From assembly GCA_963817525.1 (NCBI GenBank), contig CAWFOU010000001.1, positions 736,001 through 800,000 on the forward strand: a DNA stretch of 64,000 bases. The letters run 5' to 3'. Shown here in pieces: positions 50,283 through 59,662 of the stretch (the first letter of the stretch is position 1; each line of letters starts with the position of its first letter). A model generated the notes under the pieces. It was not told the DNA's origin and made no database searches. It worked only from the letters and a program-made list of their open reading frames with translations. Source of the stretch: an uncultured archaeon (lineage in GTDB: Archaea; Thermoproteota; Nitrososphaeria; Nitrososphaerales; Gagatemarchaeaceae). The translations under genes and the position numbers were made by a program.

Positions 50283-51202
50283 GTGTCGCCGCGCCTCACA
50301 AGTTTCAGGTACGTGTCCTCCAAGCTCGATCCTACGGTCGTGACAGACCTGACTTGGCCTCCGGCACTATAGATAGCGTCAGAGATGACCACATTCTCGG
50401 TGTCCGGGTCTTTCACGTCGACGGTCAGCGTGTTGCCATCAACGGTCATGTTATTGAGAGGCAGCTTCCTCAGCGCAGCCAGGACCGCGTCGGTCATCTG
50501 CACGAGCTGAATCACCGTCTTCCTCCCGCTTACCGAACGCTCCAGCTCTTGCGGCGTTCCCATCGCCATCAGCTTCGTGTTCAGGATGGCAATCCTGTCG
50601 CAGATCCTCTGGGCCTCGTCAAGATTGTGCGTGTTTAGGAAGATGGTCCGCTTCTCCTTCTTAAGCTCCAGGATGAAGTCCCTCACGGTCTTTGCCGCCT
50701 CGGGGTCGAGGTTCGCTGTGGGCTCGTCCATGAAGAGCACCTGCGGCTCGTGGACGAGGGCGCACGCAATCCCGAGCTTCTGCTTCATCCCTTTCGAGTA
50801 CGTTCCAACAGTGACGTCCCTCTTCTCCCAGAGCCCTAGCATCGTGAGGAAGCGCTGTATGCTCTCCTTCCTCTGCGCCTCCGTGCGGTCGTAGAGCTTC
50901 CCGTAAAAATCCAAATTGTCGTAGGCGCTGAGGTCGTCATAGAGCCCTACGCTATCGGGCACCATTCCTATCACCTTCCTTAGCTTCAGCGCGTCGGCCT
51001 CTTTTCCCACCTCATACCCGGCGACGCTCGCCTCACCGCTTGTCTTCGAGATCAGGCAGCAGAGCATCCGCACCGTGGTAGTCTTCCCCGCCCCGTTGGG
51101 CCCGAGGAAGCCGAAGACCTCCCCATCGTCGACGCGGAGGGTCACGCCATCGACTGCGGTCAGGTCGCCGAACTTCTTGGTAAGGTTCTCGGTCTCAATC
51201 AA
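50279..51202 (-). CDS. ABC ATPase
   Basis: GPNGAGKT, YSKGMKQK, MDEPT. Confidence 0.93.
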   Translation of the reverse strand: MIETENLTKKFGDLTAVDGVTLRVDDGEVFGFLGPNGAGKTTTVRMLCCLISKTSGEASVAGYEVGKEADALKLRKVIGMVPDSVGLYDDLSAYDNLDFYGKLYDRTEAQRKESIQRFLTMLGLWEKRDVTVGTYSKGMKQKLGIACALVHEPQVLFMDEPTANLDPEAAKTVRDFILELKKEKRTIFLNTHNLDEAQRICDRIAILNTKLMAMGTPQELERSVSGRKTVIQLVQMTDAVLAALRKLPLNNMTVDGNTLTVDVKDPDTENVVISDAIYSAGGQVRSVTTVGSSLEDTYLKLVRRGDT

Positions 51203-51231
51203 ACTGCGTCACCGATGAGAAGTGCCCCGCT

Positions 51232-51528
51232 CTATTTGCCCGCGCTAGAACTCTGTACAGGCTTGCCATCCACGAGCACGCTGATTTTTCTCCCAAAGGC
51301 CCAGCGCGTCATTCCGAGGTCGACTTCGACTTTGTGGACCTCTGAACTCCCGACGTCGAAGGCGAACTTTTTCGCGCCAGGCGATAAGAGGGATTCGTCG
51401 ATGACCTTCTGGCCATCCAATTCGATACGGATTCTCTTCATGACCTGATTGGCATCGACCGTGAGAGCGTGCTTCTCCCTCTCGCCTACCTCGAAACTAG
51501 ACTTTCCCACGGGTTTCGAAATAGTCAA
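51232..51528 (-). CDS. Small beta-rich hypothetical protein
   Basis: Paralog of 26374-26652. Confidence 0.75.
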   Translation of the reverse strand: MTISKPVGKSSFEVGEREKHALTVDANQVMKRIRIELDGQKVIDESLLSPGAKKFAFDVGSSEVHKVEVDLGMTRWAFGRKISVLVDGKPVQSSSAGK

Positions 51529-51627
51529 AGCGGATATAAAAAGTCCGAAAGGTACAAGTTTTGTACCTATAGCCGCATCTTATATTGTGGAAGCAGTAAG
51601 ACAAAGAATGAAGATGCCAGAGCCGAA

Positions 51628-52305
51628 ATGATGGATAATGGAGCGGTCGATGCCGCTCCCTCTGAAGTGAGGCGCGCGGTCAAACGAGCCATTCTCCTCA
51701 ACGAATACTTGCTTCGCCGAGCTTGGGGTGTGCTGTTCCTCGCACTTTCGTTCTCAATGTTCCTTTCGACCTTTGGAACGCCTATCGTTGACTCGCTGGA
51801 GTCAGTCGGGGCCGCAAGCACCCTACCAATCAACGTGATTGCGAGCGGCTGCGCCGTGATTGCCATCCTCTGGGCGTTCAAACGAGTGCGAAACTCCGCG
51901 GAAATCACCCACCCCGAAGGCGACCGAGCTTGGTCAAGGCTGCTTGGTTACCGCTTTGTCGTGCCTCTGTGGATCGCATTCGACGCAGCCGCGATTTTGA
52001 CGTTCGCGCTTGCAAGAAGCCAAGTTCCGCTGGTTCTCTTTTTGGTGCACCTTGGACTGGCCGTCTACCTGTATTACGCCCTAAGACTCTCTTTTTCGAA
52101 GAGGATCCCTGGAGAGGCTGTTATCGCAATAGCTTCGCTCTCGTTGGGTAGCATCGCGTCAATCGCTTTGCTGTCAATTACCGCGAGCGCTGGGCCGTAC
52201 GTGCTCCTCGCGGGGGGCACGATTCTCACTTGGACCTTCTCCGGAATCTACGCGCGTACCAGACCTATTCCAGAATTCGAGGAGGAGCGTACCGGGCTTG
52301 AATGA
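51628..52305 (+). CDS. Multi-pass membrane protein
   Basis: About six hydrophobic segments; overlaps the next gene. Confidence 0.7.
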   Translation: MMDNGAVDAAPSEVRRAVKRAILLNEYLLRRAWGVLFLALSFSMFLSTFGTPIVDSLESVGAASTLPINVIASGCAVIAILWAFKRVRNSAEITHPEGDRAWSRLLGYRFVVPLWIAFDAAAILTFALARSQVPLVLFLVHLGLAVYLYYALRLSFSKRIPGEAVIAIASLSLGSIASIALLSITASAGPYVLLAGGTILTWTFSGIYARTRPIPEFEEERTGLE

Positions 52306-52657
52306 CGACGAAATCAGCAAACGGGATTATGACAAGACCGCCAAGGATGAGACGATTAGATCGCTAAATGAGCAGCTCGGCGACTCGGCCCTCAAATCGT
52401 CCGCTCGAATCCTGATACTGGTGTTGCTCGCACAGGCTCGAAGGATGAGCTCAGTAGAACTAAGGACGCTCACAGGACTGGGAAAGGGGAGCCTCGAGAA
52501 CCACCTGAATAAGCTTGAGAGCTTCGGTTATGTCAAGGTAAGCAACGCAAAGTCCCTAGGAGCAAGGGGTTCTCCAAGGCAAATCGTCGAGATTACTGAG
52601 AATGGACTAGGTGTTTGTCGCGCTCTTGTGAGAAGCATCTCGAGTTTGGCTCTCTGA
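52298..52657 (+). CDS. Winged-HTH regulator (ArsR/MarR-like)
   Basis: R..IL..L, GSL..HL.KLE..GYV, ITENG. Confidence 0.85.
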   Translation: MNDDEISKRDYDKTAKDETIRSLNEQLGDSALKSSARILILVLLAQARRMSSVELRTLTGLGKGSLENHLNKLESFGYVKVSNAKSLGARGSPRQIVEITENGLGVCRALVRSISSLAL

Positions 52658-52699
52658 TAATCGCCACCGCTACGATGTCTACCAATGAGCGGGTCCTTT

Positions 52700-52738
52700 G
52701 GATTCGTACCTGATGAGGTGCAGCCCCTGGACGGGCTA
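52700..52738 (+). repeat. Cassette boundary site 8 (class B)
   Basis: GGATTCGTACC-TGATGA-GGTGCAGCCCC-TGGACGGGCTA. Confidence 0.92.
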
Positions 52739-53002
52739 TCTCCTCATTTTGCGCCCCATTTAGCCCACCCGATTTAATACACACTTTTCACAGGCGACAC
52801 GCTTAATTATCTGACCATAGTGGTAATCCGACCAAGAATCCTGTTCCTTTTCAACTGCATGAGAGAATGGATTCGAACCCCGGCATACGGACGATTCCGT
52901 CGAGCCGTCTCAGAACCTGCCGGGCCCGCCACAAATATCTCCCCGGGCTGGATTCGAACTTCCCGCATTGCAACCAGGTTGCGCAAGAGATATTCTTGAC
53001 GA

Positions 53003-53733
53003 CTATAGTATGTTCAGGTCGCTCGCTGCATGATAAGATGGAACCAACGGACGGAATCCGAGACTACGAATTTTTTGAGCGCTAACCAGGCCGCTCCAAG
53101 GGTTTGTCAAAGGAGTCACTGGATCTGCAAGCTTCGCGGTTTGACCCGTCAGGCGGATGACCTCTTGGAGAGTAATCGGCGAGTCATCGGCGACGTTGCA
53201 TATCTCACCGCCCATTGCAGAGACACCCATTGCCAGCTTCACGGCTTGTGCTATGTCCAGATGGTGCACCATATGCAACCTAAATGCCGGATGCAGATTC
53301 ATCCGCTCAAAATACGGAATCGATTCCGGCAGATGCGGGTCCCCAGCGCCGTATACGAAAACGAAGCGCAGGATCCGAACGTCAAGTTGTTTCGCCGCGT
53401 GCATGCCGAGTAAGAGTTTTTCCGAAGACGCCTTGCTCGCGGGGTAGGCAGCCGATGGACTAACGTGATCGCTTTCTAGGCCAGGCGCGGCCTCATTGTT
53501 GTAAACATTGCTAGTGCTTGAAAAAACAAAACGGATCCCTGTGTTAATTTGCGAAGCCGCTTCGGCTAAATTTCTTGTGCCGACCTCGTTAACACTTTTG
53601 ATCTTTTCAAAATCCTGACTGCGAAAGAAAGCCGCAAGGTGCACTACGGTGTCAACGCCGTCAAGGGCGCTCTGCAGGCTTTCACGCTGCAGGATGTCGC
53701 CCATGAAAGTCTCCGCCCCTTTGGCTTTGGCCT
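53003..53733 (-). pseudogene. NAD-dependent epimerase/dehydratase, 5'-truncated
   Basis: VHLAA, YPASK; Rossmann GxxGxxG motif absent. Confidence 0.8.
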
Positions 53734-54125
53734 TCCTTACGGTCTCGTGAACCGGCTCCTCAAACCATTCGGTCTGACTCGAAGCTCCTGGTCCGTCCTC
53801 TACCAGGTCAACGGAACCGGGCGAATCTCTCAGAAGGCGCTTCAGGAGGACCTTGGCATAGAATCAGGAAGCATGGCCATAGTTGTAGACGGCCTCGTCC
53901 GGAAGGGTTGGCTTGGCCGGACCTCAAGTGAGAAGGACCGCCGCGCTAACGATCTGGAGCTCACTCCCAAGGGTGCCGGCGGTGGAAGACTGTCCCAGAC
54001 ATAGCTTCGGTCATGAGAAAGGAGATCATGCGTGGCGTCACGGAAGAAGAAGAGCAACTAGCAGTGGGGCCGTCCTGAAGAAGTGTTCCTCGAACCTCGC
54101 GAAGAGCATCGCTCAAACGGACTAA
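53734..54125 (+). pseudogene. MarR-family regulator remnant
   Basis: LKPFGLT, DRR...LELTPKG; no start, frameshifts. Confidence 0.75.
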
Positions 54126-54202
54126 TCGTCAGGGAACACCGTTGGAGCTGCCTTGGGAAGTATTGCATGAAGTAACGAGCTGTCCGCCCCGACGGGCAGA
54201 AT

Positions 54203-54241
54203 TGATTCGTACCTAATCAGATGCCGCCCCTGGACGGGCTA
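54203..54241 (+). repeat. Cassette boundary site 9 (class B)
   Basis: TGATTCGTACC-TAATCA-GATGCCGCCCC-TGGACGGGCTA. Confidence 0.9.
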
Positions 54242-54274
54242 ACTTGTTAGCTCAAAGCCTGTCGATTGGCTACC

Positions 54275-54646
54275 TTACATGACCCGGACTTTTGACTTTG
54301 GGAGAAACTTCAGGAAATCCTTGTCGCCAGTCCAGACCGTTGCGCCATACCTCTTGGCAGACGACGCAATAAGCGCGTCCAAGAGGTCTTCCTTGGTTGG
54401 CTTCATCCTCGCGGCTTCTTCTGCATCTGCCCTGATGAAAGGTGCGACCTCGACTCCCGCAATCTCGAGAAACTTGTCATAATTTGCTGAAGACATCTTG
54501 GCTGTGAAATATCCCCACAGGATTTGGAGGTGGCTTATCGCTGAGACATAGAGTTGTAAGCCTGTTCCCGACACCCGGAGCATCTCCGCGCGAGTGCTCT
54601 CCCTCTTCTCGTCGCTAAGAATCGAAGTGTCTAGAAAGACCTTCAA
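54275..54646 (-). CDS. vapC: VapC PIN toxin
   Basis: FLDTSIL, DALIA, TGDKDF. Confidence 0.88.
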   Translation of the reverse strand: MKVFLDTSILSDEKRESTRAEMLRVSGTGLQLYVSAISHLQILWGYFTAKMSSANYDKFLEIAGVEVAPFIRADAEEAARMKPTKEDLLDALIASSAKRYGATVWTGDKDFLKFLPKSKVRVM

Positions 54647-54887
54647 TCAAACCAGACCTCGCTTGCCTGATGTGGCTCTTGATCTTGCTCATGTCCCCGG
54701 CTAGGTTGTCAAGCGCCGCCAGAACCATTTCCACATCAACGTCAGAACCAGAGACCTTCTTGATCATGATCCGTTCGTCTCGCGTCTCCTCGAACACCAC
54801 GCTGTCCCCTGGCTTGATCCCGGTCCTCTCGGCGATCCTCTTTGGAATTGTCACCTGCATCTTCCGCGTGACTTGGTACTGCCTCAT
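54615..54887 (-). CDS. vapB: AbrB-type antitoxin
   Basis: VTRKMQVTIPK.I....GIKPGD. Confidence 0.9.
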   Translation of the reverse strand: MRQYQVTRKMQVTIPKRIAERTGIKPGDSVVFEETRDERIMIKKVSGSDVDVEMVLAALDNLAGDMSKIKSHIRQARSGLIEGLSRHFDS

Positions 54888-54995
54888 AGTACTACTTTCT
54901 TACTGTCAGCTGGTATAAAAAGACCCACCCCAGTCGTGGCATGAAAGCCAGGTTGCTCGGCATAGAGGGACTTGCGGCCCTCGGTCATGCGAGCA

Positions 54996-55045
54996 CAAAT
55001 TTCCGGCTAAAAGCCCCTAAACAGGGTCAGCCCCTGGACGGGCTA
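54996..55045 (+). repeat. Cassette boundary site 10 (class A)
   Basis: CAAATTTCCGGCTAAAAGCCCCTAAACAGGGTCAGCCCCTGGACGGGCTA. Confidence 0.93.
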
Positions 55046-55199
55046 TTCGCTCAATTGCGCCTCCGTTGACCGAACGCCGCAGTAATCTTACTATAATGTG
55101 CGTTTAGCGGTCACAACCTATCTGTCAAATCTGTGAGCAAAAGAAACCTTGGCAATGGCGCACATAATATTTATAAGCACGCATATTATATGCATGCAT

Positions 55200-55586
55200 A
55201 TGCAATCCGAAATAAGGTACAAGTTGGGAATGATAACTCTGTTCTGTAGACACGTTGCCGAGACTAAGAGTTTCTACATCAATAAGCTGGGGCTGACTGA
55301 GATAAGAGAAATGACCTCACCTACTTTCGCCACTTTGATGACCAACGGGGGCAGCTTGATAGGTCTGCAAGATGTCAAGACGTCTCTGGGTGGACAAACG
55401 AGTACTCACGGTGAAGTGGAACTTGGACTAGAAGTCGAGGATGTCGACGCGACATACGAGAAGTGGAAGGAAAACAACTCTGAAGTGACCTCGCCTCCTG
55501 TCGATCTCCCCTTTGGGCGCACCTTTCAGGGAAAGGACCCTGAGGGACATCTGCTTCGGATATACAATACAAAGAAGCGTCAGTAG
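55200..55586 (+). CDS. VOC/glyoxalase family protein
   Basis: FY...LGL, VEDVDA.Y, PFG.....DPEG. Confidence 0.9.
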   Translation: MQSEIRYKLGMITLFCRHVAETKSFYINKLGLTEIREMTSPTFATLMTNGGSLIGLQDVKTSLGGQTSTHGEVELGLEVEDVDATYEKWKENNSEVTSPPVDLPFGRTFQGKDPEGHLLRIYNTKKRQ

Positions 55587-56044
55587 TGGTGATAACAACG
55601 AAGCGAGAGGATACGAAATACTGGATTATCGTCGCATCCAGGGACCACGTTCAAAGAGGCGTGGAGGAAGGCATCTGTCAGACCTGTCACGGTAGGGGGG
55701 CACCATTGAGGAGGATGAGTGAGGGAGACTGGGTCGTATTCTATTCATCGAAGGAAAGATATGATGGTGTTGAGAAGTGCAGGAAATTCACGGCAATCGG
55801 GAAAGTTAAGAATGACCTTGTCTATCAGGTTCGAATGAACGAAGATTTCGCTCCTTTCCGTCGGAGTGTAGAGTTCTTTCCCTCCTCGGAGGTCCAGATT
55901 GAGCCGCTGATTCCATTTCTTTCTTTCATCGCGAACAAGAAGTCATGGGGATACGTATTCAGGTTCGGCCTGACCCAGATTCCCAGAAACGATTTCCTGG
56001 CGATTGCTTCGAGAATGCTTCCGGCCCTTCAGGAGGTAGTTTAG
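55586..56044 (+). CDS. EVE-domain protein
   Basis: YWI.VASRDHV, CHG, GD.VVFYS, WG..FRFG. Confidence 0.88.
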   Translation: MVITTKREDTKYWIIVASRDHVQRGVEEGICQTCHGRGAPLRRMSEGDWVVFYSSKERYDGVEKCRKFTAIGKVKNDLVYQVRMNEDFAPFRRSVEFFPSSEVQIEPLIPFLSFIANKKSWGYVFRFGLTQIPRNDFLAIASRMLPALQEVV

Positions 56045-56048
56045 GGGA

Positions 56049-56546
56049 TTGGAGGGCAAACGCCCGGTCAAGTTTTCCAAGGCAAGGCCCGAGGAGAGCC
56101 CGGGTTACATGTTCTGGCAGACGAGCAATCTGTGGCAGCGGAAGATGGTCAAGGCGCTGAAGCCTACAGGCCTGACGCCTGTGCAGTTAGTTCTCCTGGC
56201 GGGGGTGGCCTGGCTCGAACGGGGATCCGAGCCAATAAGCCAAGTCAGGTTGGCCCGTCAGGCAAAGACCGACGTGATGATGACCTCTCAGGTACTCAAA
56301 AAACTGGAATCTAGGGGGCTGGTGAGCAAGAGACCAAGTGAATCAGATACCAGAGCTAACGCCATCACATTGACAGAAAAGGGGGCAGAGAAGGTCGCGA
56401 AAGCATTGATAATCGCGGAGAAAGTTGACTCGGACTTTTTCCAGCCTTTGGAAGGGAAGCATGACGAGTTCCTGACGGCGCTGGGAGCATTGACCAAAGC
56501 AAACGACCATGAGGGAACAAAAAATGACATTTCACCACAAGAATAG
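56049..56546 (+). CDS. MarR-family regulator
   Basis: SPG...WQ, GLT.VQ, DTRA..I.LTEKG. Confidence 0.9.
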   Translation: MEGKRPVKFSKARPEESPGYMFWQTSNLWQRKMVKALKPTGLTPVQLVLLAGVAWLERGSEPISQVRLARQAKTDVMMTSQVLKKLESRGLVSKRPSESDTRANAITLTEKGAEKVAKALIIAEKVDSDFFQPLEGKHDEFLTALGALTKANDHEGTKNDISPQE

Positions 56547-56642
56547 TTCTTGCAAGGAGAGCTCAAGTCGGCCGCCGCCTCGTGGGTTCGTCACCTGTCA
56601 TCGTGACTTCCGATGGCCCGCCACCTAAACATCACGATGTGT

Positions 56643-56681
56643 GGATTCGCACTTGAATAGGTGCGGCCCCTGGACGGGCTA
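56643..56681 (+). repeat. Cassette boundary site 11 (class B)
   Basis: GGATTCGCACT-TGAATA-GGTGCGGCCCC-TGGACGGGCTA. Confidence 0.92.
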
Positions 56682-56716
56682 TCTTCTTAATTCTAACTTG
56701 GCGTGGGGCGTGTCGC

Positions 56717-57193
56717 ATGGCCGCAGTTCGGAAGAAGAAGGCGTACGAGAAGTATGCTTGGGTAATCCCATTCGTGATGGGGCTATTTTTCATGCTCTCG
56801 ATGGCCGTGACCTTCCTTTCGCCAGTAATCCTCACCGGTGCCGAGGGCGCCGTCGAGAGCCTCACAGGACTGACGTTTTCCCAGTTGGCCGCGTCGAATC
56901 CAGGCGTCGCCAACTACATTTACCATCTCATCAGAATCCTCGCGATCTTCAGCTCAGGTCTCGGGGCCTTCTTCGCGGTCGTATCGGCGACGGCCTACAG
57001 GAGGGGAGAATTGTGGGCCTGGTACCTGACGTAGGTCGTCCCCGTGCTCTTCCTGCTCGACATTGCCAATGACTATGTCGCGTTTGGATATGTGGACGTT
57101 AGTTCGATGTTCATTGTCGCGATTTTGGTCCTTGGTCTCCTCCTACCCTACAGAAAGTTCTTCCCCATGAAGCAGCCTTCGGACGCTTCATAG
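56717..57193 (+). pseudogene. Four-TM membrane protein with in-frame TAG at 57032
   Basis: Hydrophobic frame continues after the stop (..WAWYLT*VVPV..LLLPYRKFF). Confidence 0.7.
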
Positions 57194-57232
57194 CCGGTAT
57201 CGCCTTCGCGGGCGCCTGCGCCCTGCCAAGAT

Positions 57233-58217
57233 CTAGGCACGGGGACTCTCGTGGCCAATCGTGATGACCACGTTTCCTGCCTTCTTCCCTGTGTCCACAT
57301 ACGCGTGAGCCTCTGCGATCCTTTCCAGAGGATACTCCCTATCGATCACTGACCTTACCTTTCCGGATTCGATGAGGTCTTTCAGGAAGGCCATGTCTTC
57401 GGGCTTGTACGAGGCCGCCCCGCCGATCACTCTCTTGCCTCCCGAACCTAATAGCTTTCGAAGAAGTTGCGACAATCCCGGGTTCCCCATGAGATAGAAT
57501 CCGTTCTCCTTTGTCGACCTCAAGCATGTGGAGAAGGGAGCCTTGCCGATGACGTCAAAGATGACATCGTATGTCTCGCCGTTCTCACCAAAGTCGTCCT
57601 TGGCATAGTCTATGACCTTGTCTGCGCCTATGGACCGGAGCATGTCCAGTTTTCCGTCCGAGTCGACCGCCGTCACTTCCGCCCCTGACGACTTGGCAAT
57701 CTGCACGGCAACGGTGCCTATGCTCCCGCCAGCCCCGATGATCAAGACCTTCTGTCCCATCTGGATTTTCGCCATTCTGAGGAAGTGCACCGCGTGCAGC
57801 CCCCCAAGGGGCATCGCCGCAGCTTCTTCGTAGGTCATGTTGGGAGGTTTCGTCGATATCAGTCCCTTTGCGGGCAGGCAGTCATATTCAGCATAGGCGC
57901 CCAGGTGGAAGCCGGTCAGAGCGAAGACCTGGTCGCCCGCTTTGAACCTGCTGACGTTTGTGCCCACAGATTCGACCTCTCCGGCCAACTCTTGCCCCAA
58001 GATTGCCCTTCTCGGTCCTCGCAACCCAAACCCTATTCGCGCTGCCAGCCACAACAAGATGGGCATCTTGAATCTTCGAATCTCGCAGTCCCCCCATAGT
58101 CACCGTTGTCGCGTGAACCCTGACCAGCACTTCATCGGCCTTGGGTCTGGGTGTCTCGACCTCTCTGAGCTGAAGGACCTCAGAAGGCCCATATCTCGTG
58201 CACACTACTGCTTTCAA
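57233..58217 (-). pseudogene. MDR/quinone oxidoreductase-like protein, frameshifted near 58090
   Basis: MKAVV..YG; GAGGSIG, GNVVI in a second frame. Confidence 0.8.
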
Positions 58218-58338
58218 CTGATGAAACGCGATTGCCGTCCGCCCCTATATGGGGTCGGTCCTCTCCCGGCTGTCGCCCATGCCGAGCCTTTTGAGAGTCG
58301 TCTGCCTTTGTGGAATCTAGATTTTCCCTAGAGCAGAT

Positions 58339-58377
58339 GGATTCGCGCCTATTCAGGAGCAGCCCATGGACGAGCTA
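58339..58377 (+). repeat. Cassette boundary site 12 (class B, degenerate)
   Basis: GGATTCGCGCC-TATTCA-GGAGCAGCCCA-TGGACGAGCTA. Confidence 0.85.
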
Positions 58378-58596
58378 TTTCCGCTCGCGCGGTAGGGACT
58401 GCTGGATAGAGTTCTCCTCCGGAGTGGGGACTTTTCGAGTATGCCAAGTCCGAGTGAGGAGATTCTGGCCCTAAGCATTCGGCCTTCAAAGTCCTACTCA
58501 GCTTGGGATTTTGTGTCGCTAACGCATCGACGAACTTCGTCTCACGATCTTTGAACCGCAACCCCTGGAGGCTTACCAGCAGCCTACGAGCTCACT

Positions 58597-59580
58597 TTAC
58601 GATACTCCCGGAGTGACTGACGTTACAACCGAAGTTGCGGTTGTTACGGGCGTTGCAATGGCCGCTGCCGCGCCTGGTATCATGTCGAATGTCTCATATA
58701 CTGTGATCTCCCCTTCTCTCACTTCAATGATGGAACCCTCCAGCGGCCTCAAGGTGTCCGGGATGTGGAAGTGTAGCTCTCCGCCTAGCGGGAGTTGAAC
58801 CTCGTACTTAGGAGCCCCATTACCGTCGATGGTGAAGAGTCGCTCCCCTTTGCAGTACACGGTGCACAGCTGTAGCTGCCTGTTGCGTCCTTTGACAACG
58901 AGTGCAAACTCGCTGGCAGGATAGGGCGACACGACTGGCTCTCTTATGACTTCCAGCGTGATGTCTAGGTACAGCTTCATATCCGTGAGGACCATCACCT
59001 GATCGCCCGTCTTGACCTCGGCTCCCTCCTCGTCGTTGGGGTAGACGACGAAACGGCCCGCTCCCGTTACCCTCTCGATCCTTCCTTTGACGATCTTTGA
59101 CTCGGAGGTTATGACCGTCGTACCGTCTTTCTGAACCACCTCCATTATGGGCTGTTCCAGTTTGACTCCTTGCGCGGCGGCGGTCGGGCTCATCGCGACG
59201 AAGTCATCAATCTTCTTCAGTATCTTCTTCTCAACCTCCACGTTCCAAAGCATCTCCCCGACATCAAGGGGCAGGAATAGTTCAGAAATCAGCAGAGTCT
59301 CTACGGTGGCGACGCCTATGTTCTGGACCCATTTGCCTATCCCCACCCTTACCGAGAAGTTGTTCGGCTCCCCCTGGATCAGTATATCGAGAGCCCTTTC
59401 AGAAGTAATTACTTCCCTGAGGAAACCGCCCTTCTGTGCCTGTATCAACATGCCTCCCTGAGTGGCCCTCGGGGTTTGGAGCTTGAAACCATCATCCTGG
59501 AGATAACGGACTATGCGGTCCCTAAGTCCGACCAGATCGGTATTTCTTCCTTGATATCGGACAGTCTTGTCGGCTAACAT
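58597..59580 (-). CDS. Hypothetical protein, probably two domains
   Basis: 327-aa ORF with normal composition; no motif recognised. Confidence 0.65.
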   Translation of the reverse strand: MLADKTVRYQGRNTDLVGLRDRIVRYLQDDGFKLQTPRATQGGMLIQAQKGGFLREVITSERALDILIQGEPNNFSVRVGIGKWVQNIGVATVETLLISELFLPLDVGEMLWNVEVEKKILKKIDDFVAMSPTAAAQGVKLEQPIMEVVQKDGTTVITSESKIVKGRIERVTGAGRFVVYPNDEEGAEVKTGDQVMVLTDMKLYLDITLEVIREPVVSPYPASEFALVVKGRNRQLQLCTVYCKGERLFTIDGNGAPKYEVQLPLGGELHFHIPDTLRPLEGSIIEVREGEITVYETFDMIPGAAAAIATPVTTATSVVTSVTPGVS

Positions 59581-59662
59581 GCTCTCTGGCCACCATTGAT
59601 ATCAACGGCTAAGTGCATCTAGCAACAATCTTCTAGAATGAAAGGCCGAGCCCTCGAGAGTC

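Noticed and set aside
40502-56681. Repeats as additional tRNA genes or split-tRNA halves
   Set aside because: The T-loop is replaced (TGCAGCC), there is no 5' half or D-arm, and no complementary leader was seen.
57032-57034. Pyrrolysine or recoded TAG
   Set aside because: It is most simply a TGG-to-TAG nonsense change in a decaying cassette; TAG is a normal stop for many genes here and no pyl genes are present.
47985-58095. Programmed frameshifting or phase variation in the esterase and MDR genes
   Set aside because: The shifts fall in short G/C runs of about 5 nt and cannot be distinguished from decay or sequencing indels without reads.
58556-58577. Possible extra site CCGCAACCCCTGGAGGCTTA
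   Set aside because: It is too short and degenerate, with no left arm; not counted.
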